A stretch of 64,000 nt of DNA from positions 372,001 to 436,000 of the forward strand of contig JAHLTZ010000017.1 in NCBI GenBank assembly GCA_025786725.1, written 5' to 3'. This stretch comes from Syncephalis fuscata S228. Its lineage: Eukaryota > Fungi > Zoopagomycota. The notes under the pieces were generated by a model. It saw only the letters and a list, made by a program, of their open reading frames with translations. It was not told the DNA's origin and ran no database searches. Positions within the stretch are counted from its first letter, which is position 1. Every line of letters begins with the position of its first letter. This document shows positions 32,900-47,275 of this stretch, piece after piece. Position numbers and translations under genes: made by a program.

Positions 32900-33339
32900 A
32901 ATTACCAGCAAACGTAAGTGACAAACTTGGATTCTGAAGAAAAAGCAACGTTTCGTGTTCGCGTCAATCTTTTACTTTGATTAAAGGTCAGATTTATTAA
33001 TATTAATTGACTGAGTCGATTCAGATTAATAAAAATGGCGGGAATTAGATTTGTCATTTAGTATTTTTGTAAATAACTGTCTAATTAATAGGCAATAGTA
33101 ATAAAAGTAAATCAATTATGCCATAATTAATACAACAGATTTATACGTGTTGTTAATATCTTTAATTGCCTAATGCTTTATAGGCGTTAAATATAAAGCA
33201 AACATGAGCATGTATATAGCAATTCCATCAAATAAAATTAAAATGAAATCATATGTTTACTACTAAAAGTCTGTACAGTTGGAGACAACTAAGCTCAAAC
33301 TTTTTTGATAATACAATGGTGTCACTAGCTAAAAGTTGA

Positions 33340-33730
33340 TAAACTAAAGCATTGGTTAGTAATTGGTATGCGAATAAACTAATCGGTAACTGTTAAACAG
33401 TATTAATTTGCCGGATGTACACCTAAAACATATAGATTGACAGTTCAATCACACTACCAATGACAATGTCTTGGGCAGATTGGCTAATCTATGTTATTCA
33501 TTATACAGCAAATTTCATATAGTTAGTGTTTAAATCAGTAATATATAAGTTCATTTATGATCTGTTAATACGAGTTATTAAGCACACACACACACCGGAT
33601 GATATGTATTTAGTATATAATTAATTACAGTACAGCGCCACTTACTTTCGATTGTTTATTAAGTATAAAAATTACACAGTACATTCTTAGTGTATAATTG
33701 ATTATTATACAAGTGCTACTTACTCACTAT
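33340..33730 (-). pseudogene. Truncated, decayed copy of the 3' end of the micro-exon gene (terminal exon plus 3 repeat units)
   Basis: Colinear similarity to 3960-4350 (e.g. TATGCGAAT, ATAGATTGACA, TAATCTATGTT, TAGTTAGTGTTTAAAT, ACACCGGATG); one donor (ATAAAT) and one acceptor (ATCG) are mutated. Confidence 0.75.
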
Positions 33731-34113
33731 AACACATCTCTATTGAGGTAATGGAAGTAACAAGAAGAGTAAATCGTAATAAATAAATTTTATTTTATTT
33801 TAAAACATACATAGTCATACAAAATATTACTAGTAAACTAATGAATATAGTAAGAAGACAGTAAAAATAACTACAAACCACTCCATATTAAAGACTAGTG
33901 TGATTATAGGATGTATCACCAGTACAACTATGGTTTTCCTCAAAAGTTGCCTATTTTAATATTCAATATAAAAAATTACCACGCTACTGTTTCTTCTTCT
34001 CCTTAAATTAACACACGTACTCACCTCTACAGCTTGTCTACATTGCTGCCTGTCATTAACACTGGTCATTGCCGCTATAACTGAATACAGATACTGCGTT
34101 GTTTAGTTTAACT

Positions 34114-36225
34114 ATGTTTGCGTTGAAAACTACCGCTCGCAAAGCAGTCTTTACAGGCCAAGGTGTTCGTGCTATTGCTGCTATAGGACATGCAAACAAG
34201 CTATTCTCGCTAAAAGGGACGCGTCAAATATCAACATCTGACTCAGTTATCGATCGTAGGTATTCTTATACATTTAAATACACCACAAAATACAACGCAC
34301 TATGCTAACATCTGATATGTATTAAGCAAGCATCGGGCTAGATCGTAAGTCTAACGGACAAAACGCGCCACTAGTCTTTTTTTTGCTGATTGATGTATTG
34401 CATTATTAGAGGAACAGATTGAAATTATGAATTTGGCCCGAGATTTTGCTAATAAGGAAATGGCCCCCAAAATGCTCGAGGCAAGTATTACTCCGCAAAA
34501 TGGATGTTTAGCCTGTTCCGGGTAATACTAACCATGAGAAATAGTGGGATAAGCAAGAAACGCTGCCTGTAGATGTATTAAAAAAAGCAGCAGAATTAGG
34601 ATTTGGTATGTCATAGTAATGTTATGTGCTTTAAAGTTAATAGACATGATATTAGGCGGTATTTATGTTTCAGAAGATGTAGGCGGTACTGGATTAGGTA
34701 AGCCAGTTGAGTGTGTAATTTAAAGTAAAATAAGCTAATAGCATAGAATAAATAGGACGTCTTGAGACTTCAGTTATTTTCGAAGCATTGTCTACGGGCT
34801 GTGTATCGACTACAGCTTATATTAGTATACATAAGTGAGTATATGATCGATTGCTTGTTGATAATCGGTTTAAATAACAACGACCATTAGTATGTGTGCA
34901 TGGATGATTGATAGATTTGGTAATGAAGAGCAGCGAAAAAAGTACCTACCTTCGCTAGTTGCAATGGAGGTAATTTAGGCTTAATTATGAATATGTATAA
35001 ATAGCTAAATTTGTGTTGTTTTAGACACTAGCCTCTTACTGTCTCACGGAACCTAGTGCAGGTAGTGATGCTGCCTCGCTAGCGACTACAGCCGTTAGAA
35101 AAGGAGATCATTATGTTCTTAATGGAAGCAAGGTATAAAAGGATAGCAATTTGCAGTATAAAGTATAACCAATGTACATTAGGCATTCATATCAGGCGGC
35201 GGTCACTCTGACGTTTATGTTGTTATGGCACGTACTAGTGGTGCTGGTAAGCCATTTAATGCTACTATCAACTATTTCACCAATTGAAATTAACATGTCA
35301 TTCCACAGGACCAAAGGGTATATCAGCGTTTATTATTGAAAAGGGCACACCTGGTTTAAGCTTTGGCAAAAAGGAGAGCAAAGTTGGATGGAATTCTCAG
35401 CCAACACGAGGTACATAAATATACAAACAAATGGGTGCATGGATGGTTGCTAATTTGCACTGGCAACTAGCGGTGGCATTTGAAGACTGTCTTGTGCCAG
35501 CTGAAAATCTACTGGGCAAGGAAGGACAAGGCTTTCAATTTGCTATGAAAGGTCTCGATGGCGGTCGAATCAATATTGGTATGTTGATATAGTGTAAACC
35601 AATGCTTATAATATAGTAGCCAACCATCTGCAATCAAATTAGCCTCTTGTAGTTTAGGTGCGGCCCAAGCATCAATTGAAGCGGCATTGGACCACACGGC
35701 TGTCCGTAAACAATTTAATAAGCCGCTTAACCAATTCCAAGTAAATATATATATATACTATTTATGATCAATAGACTGTATCTTTATTAATCACAATTAT
35801 TAGCATAATCAATTCAAAATGGCCGAAATGGCCGCTGATCTTAATGCATCACGACTCATGGTACGTCAAGCTGCTCGTCTACTTGAACAAGGAGCACCGA
35901 TGGCAACTTCCTACTGTGCAATGGTAAGTACAGTTAATAATTCAATGTCTATTGATCAACACTGATACTGTAATAAACAAGGCCAAAGTATTTGCTACCG
36001 ATCGGTGTTTCGACGTAAGTAAACACTGAATACCTTTTAGTTATTTGTCTAATATAGTTACTTTAGGTATGTAATCAAGCCTTGCAACTCCACGGTGGTT
36101 ACGGCTACCTAAAGGACTATCCAGTCCAACAATGGGTGCGAGACTGTCGAGTACATCAAATACTCGAGGGTACCAATGAAATTATGAAAGTCATTGTATC
36201 GCGTGAACTTGTTGGTCTTCAATAA
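34114..36225 (+). CDS. ACAD8: Mitochondrial isobutyryl-CoA dehydrogenase (acyl-CoA dehydrogenase family)
   Basis: [50 protein letters not shown] and [35 protein letters not shown]. Confidence 0.9.
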
Positions 36226-36578
36226 ATAGTGCTAATAAATAGCTAATTGCAAACTACTAACTAGCTAATTATTAATTGATTGATTAAGTAAATAAAAGTA
36301 TGGTATAAACATGTGTGGATAAATGAGTGTACATTATAGTCCATGTTTTGTTATAATGTATTATCCATCATCACACTACACTTACCTTCTCTCTTATTCT
36401 CTTGTTTGTGTGTAGCTTCAGCTTTAATCATTTTACTCCTCACTTGCAGATTGGAAACACTCTGTGACGCTCTCTTCCTTGGCTGGTGTCTTTTATATAT
36501 ACATACACTCTTCTAAACACTACTATTATAGCAGATATCCGCCTTTTCGTTACTGGTCCGTTTATTATTATTGCTAGT

Positions 36579-39443
36579 ATGCGCGATCCCATAGTGGAGC
36601 GTTACAGGGATGAGCCACCGTCGCTGGTGATGCATATCTATCCGACGCATTTTAAGTTTGAACACCAGGTAAGCTGTGTGTATTGTTTATTTATAAAGGT
36701 TATAACGCGTATTGTATCATTTGTATACGTTGTTTATTGTATACTCTATTTAGGATGGTGTATTTTTGCTTAACGGTGTGATGAAGGTAAGCAAATAGGC
36801 GTGTCAAGTCAAACTAGAATATTGACACGGATACTGTCGTGTATTATTAGGATTTCCTACAGTATATTAAAGACCGGCGATTACCGCCTGATCTCGTTGA
36901 TGTTTTTGAAGAGGCCAATTGTCCGTTCTACGAAGGTAACCTATCACCAATTATGTTGTTATTGTTGTTATTGTTATTGTTGTTACTATTATTGGTGTCG
37001 ACGCGACCAAGGCTGACCGTGGTAACGTGTACTGTTAGGCTGTATCATTGTAGAAATACGAGATCATCGTTCTATTGCTGCTAAAGAAGCACATCGTACG
37101 GCAGACAATGATAGCGATGTATCTTTGGACACGGATGAGACGTCGTCGGGCGAGGAACGAGAGAAACGTGATGGTAAATCAGCAGCAATTGCACGGCATT
37201 TACGTTCTACGTATCGCATCTCGTTACAACCGACGGATGAATGTCTATGGTCGGATATTTGTATGTTGAACGAACAAATGGGCGTACAATTGACGCAGGA
37301 CATGGCACTTGAACTAGAGTCCCGTATTCTAGTAAGTATCCATACTAGGACTATTATTATCATTATTATTGAGAGAATTGGTTATAACATTTGTAATACA
37401 GCTGGCTACTGCGCCGCCTCTTTGTTTAGAGCCAAGCGTAGATGTTACGCGTGTTTCAAATGCTATCTCTTTAGCTCAAAATCGACATCGATCTTTGGCA
37501 AAGCGTAAATGGAATTCATCAGAAATGGAAGAAGAGGCAGTGTCGCAAGCAGAACACGAAAAGCTTATGCTTTTGATGGATGATGTAAGTTAACAATGTT
37601 AATAAGACCAACTATAGAATGCTAATGAACGATCAATTTATAGAAACATAAGCGAGCATTTCAACCTACGTATGTATTAAATATAATAGTAACACACACA
37701 TATTTATGTTAATTTGTTTATTACTTTATTTATTAATTTTGTCTACATTATATTTATAGATTTGGAAAGGTCAACTTTTTACAAGATTGGCGACGTAAAC
37801 GTGCCAAGGCAGATCATGAACCAACACCTACACTTGATACCAAGAATAATAAATGTAAATATAAAGGATTGATACTGTTGAATATCAGGTATTGACATAG
37901 CAAATTGCACTTACAGCACGATCAGGCAACAGTCTACGTAAGGGATCAACTGATATGGCTCTACCGCCGGCCGATGGACGTAAACTTGTTAGCACACTTC
38001 GATTTGAACAAGGCTCTAAAGAACGTAAGTAGCTTTTTTAAACAAAGTAAATAATGTTAACACTTTATTTTATAGCTAAAAAGCACGTTCTACTCAATAT
38101 TTATTCTACATCTATGCATATATATGAGGGGCTATTACGTTGGGGAACTGTAAAGGATACTTCTATTCATGGTCAAACGTTAAAGCAAGTATTTATATTA
38201 CAAGAAAAATTAAGCTAATACATATAAATTGATTAATTAATTAATTATAGCTTTGTTATTGGTGATGAATTGACTACTCGGTTTTATCTATTTGGCATTC
38301 AACGATTTATGCTAGTAGATCATAAACTTGTATTTGAGCACAATATTGGATTGGGTGCACAAAATAATGCCATAGTCAATGGTGCTGGCAATCAAATAAA
38401 TGGCAGTGGCAATGTCAATAATCTTAATAATAGAAATATACCAACTGGTACACCACAACAACGAGCAGCAGTGGCGGCAATGATTGCACGACAACAACAG
38501 CAAATAATGATGCACAACTTGCCGGCAGTTAATAATGATATGAGCCAGATGAGTAATCCGGTATCGGCATCTAGTGATATAGATCAGACGGCTACTACAA
38601 TGCCGGCAATTAACGAAGAAACAGGTGATGATAATGATAAATATTATATAGTACTAATTACTAATTAATTAATAATACAGGTACACCACAACCTCAGCTA
38701 CAGCCACAGCCACCAACTCCGGTTATTAATTATGCTGGCCACCCTGTTGCATCTGGCGCATCAATGGCAGCCAATCAGGCCAATATTCCATCGGCCAATC
38801 CTCTTGTTTTGTCGCCACACGCTTCTATAGCACAGCCATCTTCAATAAATTTGGTTCCACAGCAACAAACGCTACAGCAAACACCGCAGCCACTGCAGCC
38901 GCAACAGCCGCCGCAACAGCCACAGCCGCAACAGCCCCAGCCACAACAACAGCCACAGCAAACACAGCCACAGCAGCCACAACAAGCTATTCTTCCAGGT
39001 CTACAGAATATCAATCCGGCCTTCTTACGTGCTTTATTGGCTCCACAGCAACAGGCTGGTCGAGGACAAGCAACACAGCCCAACCCAGCTGCTACTTTAT
39101 TGGCCAGTAATCCACATTTGGCTAATCAACTTTTGGCCGCTTTTCAACAGCCGGGGCCAGGTGCAGCACGACCCGGTCAACCTCAAATTAACCTTAACCC
39201 ATTAATGGTGGCTGCTCTGATACAACGACAAAGACAAAGTCAACTTTCTGCGGCACCTAATGCTATGTCTTCTCCACTAGTGGCTCCTGTATCTGCTCCT
39301 GTTCAAGCAATGCCTCAAAGGCCTAATATGCTGCCACAACAACAACAACAGCAAGCAATGGGATTACCATTAGTACAGCAACAACAACAATCACAGCATG
39401 GACAACAGCCACAATCGCAACCACAGCAACAACAACAACAGCA

Positions 39444-39500
<57 letters not shown>

Positions 39501-39510
39501 ACAACAACAA

Positions 39511-39542
<32 letters not shown>

Positions 39543-40629
39543 ACAACAACAACAGCAGCAGCAGCAAGCATTATTGCAACAGCAATTACTACAGCAGCAG
39601 CTACAACAGCAATTACAACAGCAATTACAATCACAGGCACAGCAACAGCAACAGCCATTACGACCTGCTGGCATGCCAAATCAATCTATAATTAATAACA
39701 ATATGGCTCATCAACAATTCCCTATTAATCAGCTTGCACAGCTAATGGTAAGTAATTTATTAATACAAAATATTTAAATACTAACTATTTTATAGATTCA
39801 ACGTGCACAACAGCAACAAGCACAGGCACAACAACAAGCGCAGCAACAGGCACAACAGACACAAGCGCAACAAGCGCAACAACAACAGGTACAACAACAG
39901 CAGCAGCAGGTACAACAACAGCCACAGCAGACACAGCCGCAACAACCACAGCAGCAACAGCCACAGCAGCAACAGCCACAGCAACTTAACGCACAAGGTA
40001 ATTTACTACTATATAGTTTAATATAAATAATACTAATTAATGCTTAATTAGGAGCCATGATGAACAATAATTTACTAAATGCTATAAGACCAAATACAAT
40101 CCCAGGTTCACCTAATGTTATGCCAGTAAATCCATCAAATCTATCTGGTTCACCACAGCCAAATCAGGCATTTGGTTTGGCACAACAACAAGCGGCTATG
40201 CGATTATGGCAACAGAATCAACAAGCTGTTTTCATACGTGCACTACAACAACAGCAACAAGCACAGCAACAGCAAGTGCAACAACAGCAAGTACAGCAGC
40301 AACAAGTACAGCAGCAACAAGTGCAACAACAACAACAACAACAACAGCAAGTGCAACAACAAGTACAACAACAGCAAGTACAGCAGCAACAGCAACAGCT
40401 ACTTGCTCAATTAGCACAACAAGCTGGTATTCAAGTACCAAATAATAACTTGCTTGCACCACTTATGCAGCAATTTCTACTTGCTAATGGACGTGGTCGA
40501 GGTATAAATCCAGCAGCAGCAGCAAATGCTTTGGCCGCAGCAGTTGGTCGTGGTCGTGGCATGCCAGCCGGTCGTGGCAATGCCGGTGTCAATCCTACAG
40601 CTCATGGCGCAGGTCGCGGGGCACAATAA
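36579..40629 (+). CDS. SPT20: SAGA complex subunit Spt20 with a Gln-rich C-terminus
   Basis: PPSLVMHIYPTHFKFE, LPPDLVDVFEEANCPFYEGCIIVEIRDHR, LQPTDECLWSD and LESRILLATAPPLCLEP. Confidence 0.85.
39424..39567 (+). repeat. CAG/CAA repeat encoding 48 consecutive Gln in Spt20
   Basis: 144 nt of uninterrupted CAR codons. Confidence 0.9.
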
Positions 40630-40722
40630 CATGAATAGTAATAGCATTAATAATAATAATAATAGCAATAACAATAATAAGATAAATCATCATTTAATAG
40701 CAAAAATAAGAATATTTATTCT

Positions 40723-41629
40723 TTATTGCATTGTACTATACAACCGATCGCCCGTATCACCGATACCCGGTACAACGTAACTATAGTAGAAATTAAGTAA
40801 ATATATATATATAGTTCATTCCATTTATCACCTACCCGTGACTATTAAGTTGGTCGTCTACTGCACCTACGTATACCTCTACATCAGGATGGGTCTTTAC
40901 TAGCTGCTCGAGACCACTCTTGCTGGCACAGATGCAAATAAATTGTATACGCTTTACGCCCCAGTCTTTAAGAATGTTAACGGCAGCCACGGCTGTACCA
41001 CCGGTAGCAACCATAGGATCTAGCACGATACATTGGTCTACATTGCGGTCGGCTGGTAACTTGTTGTAATACTCGACAGGTTGTAAAGAAAGCTAAATAG
41101 TGTTTAAATGTTAAATCATCTTAATAAATTAACAACTACATACCTTCTCACGGTAAATACCCAAATGATAAATTTGGGCCGACGGAATTAAAGCAAGACT
41201 GGCTAATAATGATGTTGATTGTTAAAACGTGTACACACCAACTAATTGATCCAACTATGACCTGTATTTACTTACCATCAACCATACCAAGGCCTGAACG
41301 CATCACTGGAATAAAAGCAATATCGTCGCGTAGACCAACGGCATTATATGCCTGCAATGGACCTTCACGCTAAATACATTACATAAATAGCCGTAAGCTA
41401 TTAATATTACATACAAACATATACAACAATAACAACAACAATAGACTATATTTACCTGGCCTTTATCGGTAATAGCAAGCGACTTTGTGGCATCTATCAA
41501 AAGTATTTGGGCAAGCTCACTTATCAACTCGCGTACTTGCTTTGACGATGTAGTCTTATCGCGCAACAACGATATTTTATGAGCCACCAATGGATGACTC
41601 GAAACATGAGTATGGTCAGAGAAAGACAT
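40723..41629 (-). CDS. FUR1: Uracil phosphoribosyltransferase
   Basis: HPLVAHKISLLRD, PVMRSGLGM, HLGIYRE, the PRPP motif VLDPMVATGGTA and GYVVPGIGDTGDRL. Confidence 0.92.
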
Positions 41630-42017
41630 TTTGACACTGTAGCAATAGAAAAGCAGACACTAGTACAAATCAACAAAAGTAGACACCAACAAGTACAAGT
41701 GGACGTGACTATAGCGGAGTATTTAGCTTAAACGATGAAGTGAAAGAGAGGGTGTGTGTGTGTGTAAACAGTGAATAGTAAAGCAAGTAGTAGTGGTGGT
41801 AGCGGTGGTGGTGTTATAAGTAGTGTCGTGGCAAATGACCACGCCTAGTTTGATCTATTTATTGAGAGACAAGGCGACAATAATGCAGACGTCAGCACTT
41901 AAATCACGTGTTGCATAATCATTATCTTGGGGATAATTGGAATAGTATACAAGTAATGTATTATGGCTAATTATAATTTATCTAATTCGTGTTAATTCTT
42001 CAAATAATATTAACAAA

Positions 42018-42898
42018 TTATGAAGATTTAGAAGTAGACTGATTAGTATTCTTGGACAATTGAGCCAGTTTTCTTTCTAATGCTTTGATTCTTGTATCGA
42101 CACTATATCGTAGTAGCGTTAGTAATAATGAATAACACAAATGCAATACATCCATGAAACTTGCCTTGAATGGGCCATTTTCTGGTTACGTTGTAGCGTT
42201 GCCGACAGACCATGCGAAGCCGTATCATAAGGCGTGCCACGATGTTGTCGGGGTCTATCCTTAGTATCTTTTATCTATAAGCGATCAAGACAGTTGAACG
42301 GTTAATTAGATTGTATTGACAAAGGTTAGACAGTCATTAATAACTTACCGGTTTAAACCAAGACAAGCCAAGTTGTCGGCCATAGAACTTTCTACCATTA
42401 AGATATTGCATCGCAACATGTGCTTCCTATTAAAATAAAGCTAATAAATACATCTGTATATATGTATATTTAATCTTACTTGATACTTACTTTATGTGTG
42501 GCGTATTCTACAAAACAATAATTTCGTGGCTTACCGGCCATAGGACCTTCCTTATGGTAAAGAAAGTCAAGCTTGGCAATTTTACCATACTGTTGGCATA
42601 GCTTAATCATTTTATATCTAACACATACGTCAGACAAGCCTTTTAAAGCAATACACCTAATAACCGTATCTCCCTACTTACTCCGTGGCTTCAGCGGGTA
42701 GATTACCGACAAAGAGGCGGCAACTATTCATGACAGTATCTGATACGGCTGCAGAGGTCGTCTCTGTCTGCTCAAGCCGGATTAGCTGTGTGCCTTGATG
42801 AGCATGGAATCATGATGGACTAGATTGGCACAAGTCTACGCAATTCTACTTACCGGTTGCGCGTCATCACTCTTCTGTATTCCGCCTATGTTGTCCAT
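42018..42898 (-). CDS. RBM18: RBM18-like single-RRM protein
   Basis: RLFVGNL...YGKIAKLDFLYHKEGPMAGKPRNYCFVEY and the C-terminal SVDTRIKALERKL; absent from the ORF track because of introns. Confidence 0.75.
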
Positions 42899-43310
42899 AG
42901 CAATGTCCGTGTATTTGTCTCTAAAATCTTTGTTATTAGTACGCAAACAAAGATGCGTGGGAATTGTAGTAACAATCACTTAAAGATACTAGTTAAATAA
43001 AATAGTGTCGGTGTTTATTGTCTAAAGACTGGGCACTGTATGGTTTAAAACGGACAAGTCACGCGCTTCATTAAATACGCACGCATTGTTTGCGTGTTTG
43101 TACATCTTCATACCGATAATAAATAACAGTGCACGTCATAAGTACGCCCCACTTATTCTACCTTTTGCTCTTCGTTCACTTTCTCGACTTACTGCCTTGT
43201 CTCTACTTTATTCATCAACTACTATTGCTGCTTGTATTTGAGCCGTATCTTTCTTGTTCTGCTGCTTATTGACACCGAATACCACTAGTACCAGCACTAC
43301 TTTGACCAAT

Positions 43311-43817
43311 ATGACTGACGGACAAGTGAAACCAGCGTCGCTTGATACGCTATCCGAATTGGCAGGAAAGCTACAAGCTGTTCTTAATGATGCCGATGCT
43401 ACTACAAAGCTTTCTTCTGAGGAGATTACCCAATTGCGACAGCAATTAGCCCAACTTACTGGACAAGGTAAGCGTTAAACCGGATAGACATTATCTATAA
43501 CTTACCATATATATATATATTAGATGAGACTGCGGCTACTGCATCCGAATCCACGTCCAGTGCTATTACCACCAACGCCACATGTACTGATGCTCCCATT
43601 GCTAAAGAGCCATTGTATACATCGCGGGTTATTCTTACAAGTAAGTAGAAGCGATAGATGAATGTAATAGCTATATTTACTAATCATTATCGTCTATAGC
43701 CTATCCGGGACAGATGAGCATTAAACCGGTGCCATTTTCATGGGGTGCATCAACACCTGAAGAACGTGGACCTGTTGTAGTGTCACGTCATCCTAACGCC
43801 CTTAAGATTAGGTAGGT

Positions 43818-43863
<46 letters not shown>

Positions 43864-45367
43864 ACAAGGCCTATTGATCAATTTATTAACCAGAAATAAT
43901 ACAAATTGTATCTAGAAACGCCATCGGTTCATATGGTGGCTCTTATTGTGTATATCGTGCCCTTGCCGTGGCTATTGGTGCTCTTGAACCTACTCATTTG
44001 CCCAATCTATTTAACACCGAGCCGTCTGTCAAGATTGGCCCTTATCCACAATGGTCAGATCCTAAAAAGATTGTTTCCATTGATGCCTATGGCCATATCG
44101 TGTCAAGTGCATTTAAGAAAGAAATGATCGATGGCATGGACATTCGTCCAAGCATTGCTATTACCAAGGCACATATGACCCTTGAAGAGATGACAACGGC
44201 CGTACGTGAAGGCCGAGTTAAAGTGGATGGCAATGTAGTGATTAATGAGCGAGGCGATCTTAATGTGGTAAAGGCTGCAGTTGAACCAGTCTGGTATTTG
44301 CCAGGTGTTGCTGAACGATTCGGTATTGAAGAGAATATATTGCGTCGTGCCTTATTGTAAGTAATTGAATATTGATCTATAATGACATGGCTAATACAGT
44401 TATATTTATTTATCTAGTGAAGAGACAGGTGGCATGTACCCCGAGTTAATTACTCGTCCTGATCTTAAAGTCTTTCTACCACCCATTGGTGGTCTAAGTG
44501 TCTATATTTTGGTAATCCAGCTTATTTATCGGATCCAACTAAGGCATTGACCGCACGTGTTCACGATGAGTGCAATGGATCAGATGTATTTGGTAGTGAT
44601 ATCTGTACATGTCGTCCATATCTTATGTACGGTATTGAGGAATGTGTTAAAGAGGCACAACGCGGTGGTGTTGGTCTAATTGTTTATTGTAAGTGGTGTA
44701 AATAGTAATGAATATATAGCATGTTAATTAATAACGATGTATTATTATTATTATTATTATTAGTCCGTAAAGAAGGCCGTGCCTTGGGTGAAGTAACTAA
44801 ATATCTTGTTTATAATGCTCGTAAGTTAATATTTAATTGTTAATAGCCAATTGATTAATTAATTAATTAACCATATTGATTGTTACTATCGACAATAGGT
44901 AAGAGACAGGAAGGCGGTGACACGGCTGCCAACTACTTCTTACGTACGGAGGATATTGCTGGTGTCAAAGATATGCGATTCCAAGCATTGATGCCTGATG
45001 TACTTCACTGGCTAGGTGTTACAAAAATTGATAGATTTATGGTAAATGGCATTGTATTTATACAAGTATATAACTAACATAATTACTATTCTATTTATTC
45101 AGTCCATGTCCAATATGGTAAGTTTACGCATTGTATCTATATGAATACGATAACTTACATTCAGTATAATAGAAATACGAGGCCATTGTTGATGCTGGCA
45201 TAGAAATTAAAGAGCGTTGTGCCATTCCCGATGAGTTGATTCCATCGGATTCGCGTGTTGAAATCGAAGCCAAGATTGCCAGTGGCTACTTCACAGCTGG
45301 TAAAGCCATGACGGAAGATGAACTTACTGCTGTTAAAGGACGTGATTGGGATGATATTACACATTAG
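43311..45367 (+). CDS. URG1: GTP cyclohydrolase II-like uracil-regulated protein (Urg1/Urc1)
   Basis: RNAIGSYGGSYCVYRALA, DIRPSIAITKAHM, VEPVWYLPGVAERF, RVHDECNGSDVFGSDICTCRPYL and RKEGRALGEVTKYLVYN. Confidence 0.9.
43817..43863 (+). repeat. (GATA)n microsatellite in a URG1 intron
   Basis: About 11 GATA units directly visible. Confidence 0.9.
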
Positions 45368-45590
45368 AAACGTTCTCGTAAATGATCTATGATTAATATG
45401 CACCAATAAATTGTGCGTATAGATATGTGTGTGTGGGTATTTGTGAGTGGTATTTGTGAGTTAATAAACTTATGAATAGTATTTGAATAAATTGGTGTTT
45501 GCTTTTATTATTACCAATACAACTGTCCACTCCAATTGATTACGTGTTATTGTCACAAGCTATTATTACTATTCTAACTAACTAGTCTAA

Positions 45591-47275
45591 ATGTCATCAT
45601 TGTCTTCCAAATCCTCGTCTAACTCACTCGACTCTTCTTCCTCAAACGTTATTGAGGATAGTGAGAAGTTAGATAGTAATAATGAGTCAAGAGCACAGCC
45701 TAATTACTCGGTACCGGATAGTGAAGAAAGAGAACGGGAATTAGAAGAATTTCGGCGGCAATGGACGGCCGAAGTAGTTGCTCGACAACGACAACAACAA
45801 CATAAAGGCGATACAAACAATTTAATCAACAAGATTCCAGTAGAGCAAACTACAAGTCACCAAAAACACCAAGTACTACGATAGAAGATACCATTGATGT
45901 GCTAAATCATCTTTCCCTAAAGGATAATAACGATACCAATAGCAGCAGTAGTCAGCCCGAGTTAACGAGCTCACAGCTGAATGACGGAGCAATAGCATCG
46001 TCTCAAGTACCTTTTAAACCAATACCTTTATCGGCACTAGAACACTATAGAAGAGCGACTCAATTTGAAAGTAAAAGTCAACTTGGTGATGGTAAGTAAA
46101 TTATTAAATCAATTTAGATATCTATCAGTGGTATTAGTATTAATCTAAAGTGTAATTAGCATTAACACATTACCAACAAGCATTTCGAATGAATCCCAAT
46201 GTGGATCGTGATTTCCATCGTATTTATCAAGGTAACGATTCTCAGTCTTTACCAACAACGAAGACTAGTTCAGAAGTGGCACAAAAGGTGGAGGGTGAAG
46301 ATGTATTTGTTCGTACAATTCAACTTGAGGATGATTACAAACCACATCGTCGACGGCGTGGCGGTAATGCTGGCAAAGATGCTTATCGATCTACATTAGA
46401 AAAAGATCCATTTCAACAATTGTTACGAGAAACGCGTAAAGTAACAAATGAGCTATTTGATCCACTTGTTGCGTTATTTCGTCTTCCTAAAGAGATTCTT
46501 CTTAGGATTGTTCAATGTCTTGGTTTACTTGAAGTGCGTGCATTAATGCGATTCAGCCAAGTGGCACGCCTACCATTAGTACTTGTGTATGATCCATCAG
46601 TGTGGCGTCTATTATGTGAGCGTAATTACATGGAAACGGGCTCGGAAATAGAACTACGTCAGCTTAGTTTGACGGCTTCAAAGGCTAAATTGCAACAAGA
46701 ACTAGAGGAGGATTATTATAATGATTGGCATTTAATGTATATTGATCGGCCACGTGTCCGTGTAGATGGTGTATATATTTCAACTTGTTTTTATATTCGG
46801 TAAGTATTTAATCAGTTATCATTTATTAACTATGATAATAATAATAACAATAATGCTGATAAATAGGGAAGGGTTATCGGAAAATACGTATTACCAACCA
46901 GTACATCTCGTCACTTATTATCGGTATTTGCGCTTTTTCCGCGATGGCAGCTGTATTGCCCGATTAACCAGTGATGAACCGGCTCAAGTGGTACGTGGAT
47001 TACGACTTGATACTACTAAAGCAATGGATATGGCATTTGGCCATTGGACCCTTAATGAAGATAGTTTACGGATTGAGGTGGCTAGTCGACAACGACCAAC
47101 TATAATCTTCCATATGCAACTCGGTTTGCGTAGTTCATCACGCGGTCGTCATAACAAATTGAACTGGTCAAAATATATTAGCATTGATACAACACGAGAT
47201 AATGAAATTAATGAATATTCACTAAATCAATTTAAAAGCTATTATTTCTCGCGCGTACTAGCATTCCCAAGCTAG
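45591..47275 (+). CDS. HRT3: F-box protein 9 / Hrt3 / Pof7 homologue
   Basis: ELEEFRRQWTAEV, a TPR-like ALEHY segment, F-box LPKEILLRI, RPRVRVDGVYISTCFYIR and PVHLVTYYRYLRFF; probable frameshift near 45860-45880. Confidence 0.85.

Noticed and set aside
38775-40462. Poly-Cys, poly-Val/Ala and poly-Asn/Ser ORFs
   Set aside because: Antisense or alternative-frame shadows of the Spt20 CAG/CAA repeats.
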